Assembly (NCBI GenBank): GCA_965224465.1
Contig: OZ245049.1
Coordinates: 600,001-632,000 of the forward strand
Length of the DNA stretch: 32,000 nt
Source of the DNA: Flavobacteriaceae bacterium
GTDB lineage: Bacteria; Bacteroidota; Bacteroidia; Flavobacteriales; Flavobacteriaceae
Direction: 5' to 3'
Shown here piece after piece: positions 26,547 to 32,000 of the stretch (its first letter is position 1; every line of letters starts with the position of its first letter). Below the pieces are notes generated by a model. It did no database searches, had not been told where the DNA came from, and saw nothing but the letters and a program-made list of their open reading frames with translations. The position numbers were made by a program, and so were the translations under genes.

Positions 26547-26905
26547 TAAGATTGGTATATATTTTTTCCCAAATTAAACGTCCATCTTCTGTTTGTTGGC
26601 TCCATACTCCAGTAGGATCATTATTTTTATAATAGCAGGTTTCTATTAATTTTGTCCCCGTATTTGCTGCAAACAAATTAGCTACCCATTTACCTACTTT
26701 TAAACCCTGCTTATAAACCTCTATCCTTTTAAGCGTTCCTTTTTTACTATAGCTTTTCCATTCACCATCTTTTAAGCCATTTTTATAGTTAAAATCATCA
26801 CTAATTTCACCATTTGAATAGTAAGAAGTACTTTTCCCATTCGCCTTCCCATTTTTATTAAAAAAAATTACTTGTTCGTAAGCGTACGGTAAAGTACACC
26901 CTTGA

Positions 26906-28408
26906 TTATTTATCAACAGGCTTCCAATTTTGAGGCAGTAACTCCGAAAGTTTATTAGCCTTATGTTCTGGTAATCTATTAAGGACATCACATAGCCACG
27001 TATGTGGGTTTACGTTATTCTTTTTGCAAGTAGCAAAAAAGCTATAAAATAGAGCTATGTTTTGTGCGGACTCATGACTGCCAGCAAAGAGATAATTTTT
27101 TCTGCCAATAGCTAAAGGTCTTATGGCATTTTCTATATTATTGTTGTCTATTTCAAACCTGCCATCATCGATGTATAGTTTTAGGTTTTGCCATATTTTA
27201 AGAGTATAAGCAATTGCTTTTCCTATGGCACTTTTAGGCAGTACGTTTTTTCGCTCTTTTGTAAGATAAATTTCTATTCCGTCTAAAACAGGTGATGCAT
27301 GTTTTTCTCTATATGCTTTAGTTTGCTCAATAGTTAATTCTTGTTCTTTTATTTTACGTTCTATCTTGTATAGCTTTTGAATTTCCAACAAAACAACATC
27401 CGCTCTTTTAGGATCATTATCCAGCGCCTTCTCAAAATACCGCCTAGCATGAGCCATGCAACCTAAAAGAGTAATTTCTCCTTTTGTTGTTAAGTTTTGG
27501 TATGCAGCATACCCATCGGACTGTAGTGTCCCATTGAAATCTTTAAAAAACTCTTCTGGAACAACTTTTCCTCTCCCTTTATTGTATTCAAAAAGAACTA
27601 AATTTTTAACAGGATTTCGATACACCCACATATACCCTCTGTGTGTTGATTTTTTCTTGTCTTTATCTAAAACCTTTATAGGAGATTCGTCTGCTTGAAT
27701 ATAATTGGCATTTTCTAAAAACTGAGCCTTAAATGTATCGTATAAAGGAGCGATAAGCTCCGAACTTTTAGATACCCATCCTCCAATTGTTGATTTACTT
27801 ACTTTTAAATCTTGTCGTTTAAAAATTTGAATTAATCTGTAAAGTGGTAAATGGTCTACAAATTTTGAAATAAGTATAAAGGCCAATAAACTTGCTGATG
27901 CATTTCCTTTAGGTATCGGTAAGCTTGGTAATTCTGCTATAACAACGCCTTTTTCTTCCGGAAGTGCATATTTAGGTCTTACAATTCGTCTTACAAAAAC
28001 GGAAAGAGGCGTTATTTCTAAAAGTTCTGTAACTTCTTCTCCTATTTTTACAGCTCCTTCTTCTATGTGCTTAGGCTCTATAATCTCTTCTACTCGCGGA
28101 AAATGCGCAGGTATAGAAGAGCGAACAGGTTTTTTCTTTCCTTTCTTCTTTTGTTTTCTTTCGTAGATTACAATATGTTTTTTGTATGCCTCTTCTTTCT
28201 CAGCTATTATTTTTCCGAAAAGCGACAATTGATTTGTGTCAACAGGGATAAAACGTTCGCTTTTAGACCCGAAAACCATTCTTCTAAGCTGCTCGTATTG
28301 CTGCTTAATTTCAGCTAGTTCTTGAGCTGTTTTTTCAAGTTCAATCTTTAAAATTACCAGCTCTTTTTGTATGTCTATTGTATTGTTTTCCACACTATAA
28401 ATATACAA
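26906..28408 (-). CDS. tnpC: IS66 family transposase (TnpC)
   Basis: 500-aa ORF with an N-terminal leucine-zipper region and the FGSKSERF motif. The DDE domain blocks are IQADESPIKVL and LQSDGYAAY. Confidence 0.9.
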   Translation of the reverse strand: MYIYSVENNTIDIQKELVILKIELEKTAQELAEIKQQYEQLRRMVFGSKSERFIPVDTNQLSLFGKIIAEKEEAYKKHIVIYERKQKKKGKKKPVRSSIPAHFPRVEEIIEPKHIEEGAVKIGEEVTELLEITPLSVFVRRIVRPKYALPEEKGVVIAELPSLPIPKGNASASLLAFILISKFVDHLPLYRLIQIFKRQDLKVSKSTIGGWVSKSSELIAPLYDTFKAQFLENANYIQADESPIKVLDKDKKKSTHRGYMWVYRNPVKNLVLFEYNKGRGKVVPEEFFKDFNGTLQSDGYAAYQNLTTKGEITLLGCMAHARRYFEKALDNDPKRADVVLLEIQKLYKIERKIKEQELTIEQTKAYREKHASPVLDGIEIYLTKERKNVLPKSAIGKAIAYTLKIWQNLKLYIDDGRFEIDNNNIENAIRPLAIGRKNYLFAGSHESAQNIALFYSFFATCKKNNVNPHTWLCDVLNRLPEHKANKLSELLPQNWKPVDK

Positions 28409-28451
28409 AAAACAAGACTAAATAGCAGGTAAAACCTACAGTTTTATTGAA

Positions 28452-28805
28452 TTATTTAGCCTCTAAATAACGTTCGTTTTTCTGAGTATTTATAATACTA
28501 ATTCCGTCTAAAACCATAACCATTTGGGTATAACTCAAAACTACTAATCCATCTTCAATGTCGTATTTTGGAAGCTCAAAAATACCTCGTTCCAATCGTT
28601 TATAATACAGTACAAATCCTCCAGGTCGCCAATGAAGAAGTTTTAGTTTATTTTTTTGCTTATTGATAAATGCATAAACACTATTTCTATCTCGCTCTTG
28701 TTCCATGTGCTCACTAACTAATCCACTTAATCCATTAAATCCTTTTCGCATATCAACTGCAGATAAGTGATAATAATACGTGTGTTCTGTACCTAATCCT
28801 AACAT
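28452..28805 (-). CDS. tnpB: IS66 accessory protein TnpB (IS66 Orf2)
   Basis: 117-aa ORF. DMRKGFNGLSGLV...VYAFINKQKNKLKLLHWRPGGFVLYYKRLERGIFELP is the conserved IS66 Orf2 pattern. Confidence 0.9.
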   Translation of the reverse strand: MLGLGTEHTYYYHLSAVDMRKGFNGLSGLVSEHMEQERDRNSVYAFINKQKNKLKLLHWRPGGFVLYYKRLERGIFELPKYDIEDGLVVLSYTQMVMVLDGISIINTQKNERYLEAK

Positions 28806-29802
28806 TTATATTTTCGTTTTTGTTTAGATGCAAAAATTAGATTATTTTTAACTTCTTACAAGATGTAGTTCTCCGTACGCTTACACTTGTTCGATATTCC
28901 CTGACAAATCAAAAGCTGTTTTTTTACCTACCATTTTTCCGTTTGCAAACGTCGCTTCTGTATATGCCCCACTATTTTCTGCTATTTTATAATTCCCATT
29001 AAGAAATTTATTATCAGTTTTAAACAATACATCTTTCCCAAAACGTTGGGTTTGAACATCATTCCACATCAGATATGATACTTGAGCTTTTACATTTGAT
29101 ACCAGTAAAAGGAGTACTATAATTATACTATTTTTCATTATTTATATATGTTTATCGTTTTATAATCTTAATAAATGACTTAACACCTTGCTAACAAGCT
29201 AACTAATTTTCAGGAGATTCTTTTTCATAACCTGTTTGAAAAGATCACTTTTCATAACAAAGGCTAATCTATTCCGATATTTCTCTTGTAAAAAACAATA
29301 CAACATAATAATACGTTTTTACAAAAAAAAATAATGTAATCCATCAAACCCCAACCTTAAATTGAAAAGAGTCTTTAGAGAGCATACCTCGCCCTCCTTA
29401 TCTTTCCTGTTAATATGCAACTAACAGGCATACTTAAATTCCCTAAAACTTAAAAATAATTGTATTCAAATTGTTTTATTTAGCCCCTCATAGTATAAAA
29501 TAAAGCCTTTTTTGATTTTCTTTAGTCAATAACCTCGAGGTAAGCCCACGAAGCATGAAAAGAAAAAACCTTAACCCTTTCGATGCAAGCATCGGTGAAT
29601 TAACCACTTGGTGGGATTAAAAGCAGCATGTACTTTATAGCTTTCCGTCCTATATATCCATAGCAAAAAACCCTGATTTCTAAATAATCCTATTGAAAAA
29701 ACAGTTGCTTAAACAGGCCTTAATGTTATTACCAAGGCAAATATACAAAAGAAAACGAAAAAGCATATAACTATTTACTTTTTTTTACGATACATAAAAA
29801 AA

Positions 29803-31827
29803 CTACAGATCTCCAATATATTTACGGAGCAACCATTCTACCGATAATAAAGCGATTATCAAGCCTAGCAACCAACGCAGCTGAATCAAAGGGTTCTTAG
29901 TAGTCACCGATTTCTGAATGGGCTTGAGAGACGTATTTGACACTAAGTGGCTCACTAAGTTCTTTGATGCATCAATACTATAAAATTGCCCATTAGATTT
30001 TTTTGCTAAATTTTTCATTAACACAACATTTGAAGCATCAAACACCTGTTCTGCATCAAAGTCCCTGACTTTAAACCGTCCATGTTTGTTTACTTGTTGC
30101 CCATCCACATTCACGGTATAACGGTACATCCCAACAGGAACATCGTTCATCACAACACTATACGAATTATCTTGCAAAGCAAAAGGAACATTTTTTTGAT
30201 AAGTTCCATGCTCAGATTTCATAGACAGCCACAACTTAGCTGAAGGATCAAACTTAAAATTATGATCGTTTAAGAACGCCGTAATTTCAATCGTTTCATT
30301 CTGATTGTAAAACGATTTAGATGTGACCGTAAGCCTCGTTTTTGAACTATTTGAAGATACATACTGAATCAGATTGGCTATATACAAATCAAACTTCAAG
30401 AACGATTGCTCTCTTTGATAATAGAACAATCTCCATTTCCAACAACCATCCCCCAACAAAACAGCCGCTTTCTGTCCTTCTTTAGGTGAAAAAGTAAACA
30501 ACAATGGTTCTTTGGTAGCCACTGTACCTATTTGTTGAAAAAGTAAGGTTTCAAAACTAGTAGAGATGGTAATTTTCCCAAAAACATCATTTAGAGGAGG
30601 CATTCTTGAAAAATCCAAATCTTCTGTTAAAAAAACGGAATAATCCGCATTATAAACAGCTAAATATTCTTCTTTGACCCTTGATAAATTCTTTTTAAAA
30701 TAGGATTGGTTGGCATTTAAAAACTGCCAATCTGTAGCAGCCCCTGTCACTATAAGATAATTTAAACTAGATTTTTTAATTTTATCAAATACAGACTTGA
30801 ATGCTGCACTAGGTTGGTATAAAATAAGCAAATCATAACTGTCTAAATTTTCTTTTAAGCGATCGATCGGCACTATAGTAACCTTGCGTTGTTTATTGGT
30901 TTCTATGCTCCGTTTTAACATCCCTACATCTGGGTGCAAAACCCCTGTAATAATGGCTATTTTGGACTGTTCATCTATAACATCTACCGCAAAATTACGG
31001 CTATTATTTTTTGTGTTTTTCTCTTTTTTAACTTCTTTTACCCGTAGGCTATAAAATTGTTTCCCTACGGTATTTGAAGGCAACTTAAAGTGGATACTTT
31101 TAGAATGTTCCCCTTGTTTAAAAATTAGAGATTCCTTGTAAACAATTCTGTTTTTTTTATAGACAGACACCGTTGTTTGACAACCGTTTTCTCCCGAATA
31201 ATGCACAAAAGCCTCTACAGGGAAATTGTTTTTTAAATACGAATATTTATTCACGTTTAATTTGTGAATACTCAAATCGTTATAATGTACCGTATCTCCT
31301 GTAATCACAGAAAAAACAGGTTTATTTAAGCTTAAAAAATCTACAGAATTACCAACAGTTTGGTTTCCGTCAGAAATTAATAAAAATGCTGCAGGAGTAT
31401 TTTTATACACTTCTTGTAAGCGCGCAAGCGGTGTGTAGATATTAGTTTCTTTTTCCTCAAAATCTAAATGATCCAAGGTCTCTAAATCCTTTCCGAATTT
31501 AAAAAAACTAATTTCAAATTTCTCTTGGATCCCTGTACTTGATTTTAAATTCTCTACCAAGGATTGGATTGCTATTTCTTGTTTTTTAACAGAACTAGAA
31601 TTATCCACCAATACAGCCAATACCGGTTTTTCTATATGTAAAACGGTCGTTTCTATTTGGGGATTGAATAATAGTAATAATAAGGTGAAAATGGCAAGAA
31701 AACGCAAAAAAGCCAATATTATATTGACTTTTTTATACGTTTTTTTATAAAAATAATGGAACCATGCCCCTGCTCCTGCAATAATAAATGATATTATAAG
31801 AAATAGAAACATTTGATTGTTCTGCAT
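29803..31827 (-). CDS. Membrane protein with an N-terminal double-transmembrane (BatA-like) region, a vWA-like DxSxS motif and a C-terminal anchor
   Basis: 674-aa ORF. It has two N-terminal helices, VLVDNSSSV (MIDAS-like) and a C-terminal helix (LRWLLGLIIALLSVEWLL). The domain naming is from recall. Confidence 0.6.
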   Translation of the reverse strand: MQNNQMFLFLIISFIIAGAGAWFHYFYKKTYKKVNIILAFLRFLAIFTLLLLLFNPQIETTVLHIEKPVLAVLVDNSSSVKKQEIAIQSLVENLKSSTGIQEKFEISFFKFGKDLETLDHLDFEEKETNIYTPLARLQEVYKNTPAAFLLISDGNQTVGNSVDFLSLNKPVFSVITGDTVHYNDLSIHKLNVNKYSYLKNNFPVEAFVHYSGENGCQTTVSVYKKNRIVYKESLIFKQGEHSKSIHFKLPSNTVGKQFYSLRVKEVKKEKNTKNNSRNFAVDVIDEQSKIAIITGVLHPDVGMLKRSIETNKQRKVTIVPIDRLKENLDSYDLLILYQPSAAFKSVFDKIKKSSLNYLIVTGAATDWQFLNANQSYFKKNLSRVKEEYLAVYNADYSVFLTEDLDFSRMPPLNDVFGKITISTSFETLLFQQIGTVATKEPLLFTFSPKEGQKAAVLLGDGCWKWRLFYYQREQSFLKFDLYIANLIQYVSSNSSKTRLTVTSKSFYNQNETIEITAFLNDHNFKFDPSAKLWLSMKSEHGTYQKNVPFALQDNSYSVVMNDVPVGMYRYTVNVDGQQVNKHGRFKVRDFDAEQVFDASNVVLMKNLAKKSNGQFYSIDASKNLVSHLVSNTSLKPIQKSVTTKNPLIQLRWLLGLIIALLSVEWLLRKYIGDL

Positions 31828-31861
31828 TATTGTAATTTATTAAGTATGAAATAACATCGAT

Positions 31862-32000
31862 TTAGGTTAACATTCCTCCATCAACATTTAATGTTTGACC
31901 TGTAATATACGCAGACATATCCGAAGCTAAAAATACACACGCATTTGCTACATCTTCTGGAGAGCCTCCACGTTTTAAAGGGATGGCATTTCTCCATTCT
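31862..32000 (-). CDS. 3' end of a classical SDR, FabG-like 3-oxoacyl-ACP reductase (5' part outside the window)
   Basis: The reverse-strand translation ...[45 protein letters not shown] is the typical FabG/SDR C-terminus. The stop is at 31862-31864. Confidence 0.8.
   Translation of the reverse strand, partial: EWRNAIPLKRGGSPEDVANACVFLASDMSAYITGQTLNVDGGMLT

Larger units (their letters stand above)
26878..28884 (-). mobile_element. IS66-family insertion sequence (2007 bp) with an 8-bp target-site duplication ACTTGTTC
   Basis: Both ends begin GTAAGCGTACGG (26878-26889, and the reverse complement of 28873-28884), the classic IS66 GTAAGCG terminus. Identical 8-mers ACTTGTTC flank it at 26870-26877 and 28885-28892. 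It carries tnpB and tnpC but no tnpA-like ORF. Confidence 0.95.
24892..29138 (-). pseudogene. Secreted MORN-variant repeat protein gene (YwqK antitoxin/immunity-like) interrupted by an IS66-family and an IS30-family element; gene fragments 28885-29138, 26547-26877 and 24892-25429
   Basis: The N-terminal fragment has a signal peptide (IIIVLLLLVSNVKAQ). All three fragments carry YwqK-type repeats (NGxxxGxxxxYYxNG, e.g. YKNGLKDGEWKSYSKKG, GYKSGEWKYFNDD, NDEKTGVWKYFKLNG). The reading frame is exactly restored across the IS66 insertion. The frame of the last fragment is open up to the IS30 boundary. Confidence 0.8.

Noticed and set aside
25420-26560. Similar peptide ends flanking the IS30 (…NLKFN* and *LEFSN…), which first looked like a long target-site duplication
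   Set aside because: The similarity comes from the 25-bp terminal inverted repeats of the IS30 itself (22/25 match), read in the gene's frame. It is not duplicated host DNA.
26536-26991. 151-aa ORF presented as a single protein
   Set aside because: It is a chimera. Residues up to ...AYEQV are read from the IS66 terminus (26878-26991, overlapping tnpC) and the last residues KFN* from the IS30 inverted repeat. Only 26547-26877 is the genuine MORN-gene fragment.
3975-28318. Antisense ORFs nested in longer genes (3975-4274, 7410-7592, 8348-8662, 10723-11064, 11748-12002, 14891-15076, 16232-16426, 18404-18646, 20361-20555, 22535-22759, 25880-26074, 27456-27698, 28067-28318)
   Set aside because: Each lies fully within, or largely overlaps, a longer opposite-strand ORF that has clear family signatures. 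Their compositions are typical of shadow frames.

Overview
AT-rich bacterial chromosomal segment (about 30% GC by eye). The protein families suggest Bacteroidota/Flavobacteriia: a MORN-variant YwqK-like protein, a DUF4386 protein, Crp/Fnr regulators, lipoproteins with an SSC lipobox, and IS30 and IS66 elements. This is an accessory, repeat-saturated island, not core genome. I support about 22 genes, mostly unrelated one- or two-gene units. From my own coordinates, about 30% of the window is ORF-free spacer. The spacers carry three interspersed repeat families. Rep-A is a ~150-nt imperfect palindrome with at least 17 copies or fragments. Rep-B is a ~270-nt GC-richer segment that starts GTTCGTGCG. 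Rep-C is ~250 nt and contains a TIR-bounded core. In most cases Rep-A sits just upstream of a gene with the same end facing the start codon, and its orientation flips with gene strand. This resembles a cassette array (integron-like, or like the rAID clusters of Bacteroidales). Three consecutive cassette leaders also carry a frameshifted relic resembling the box II end of a tyrosine recombinase gene; no intact recombinase lies in the window. Other notable points: (1) a near-perfect 1.22-kb tandem duplication whose two LRR gene copies differ by an A7/A8 tract, which frameshifts one copy; (2) a translationally coupled SPFH/flotillin-like plus divergent NAD-kinase-fold gene pair that I do not recognise as a named system; (3) a DUF1611 plus PLP-racemase operon; (4) a YwqK-like MORN-repeat gene broken by two separate IS insertions, an IS66 with an exact 8-bp target duplication and an IS30; (5) a frameshifted DJ-1/PfpI lipoprotein gene. 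I saw no rRNA, tRNA or CRISPR array.
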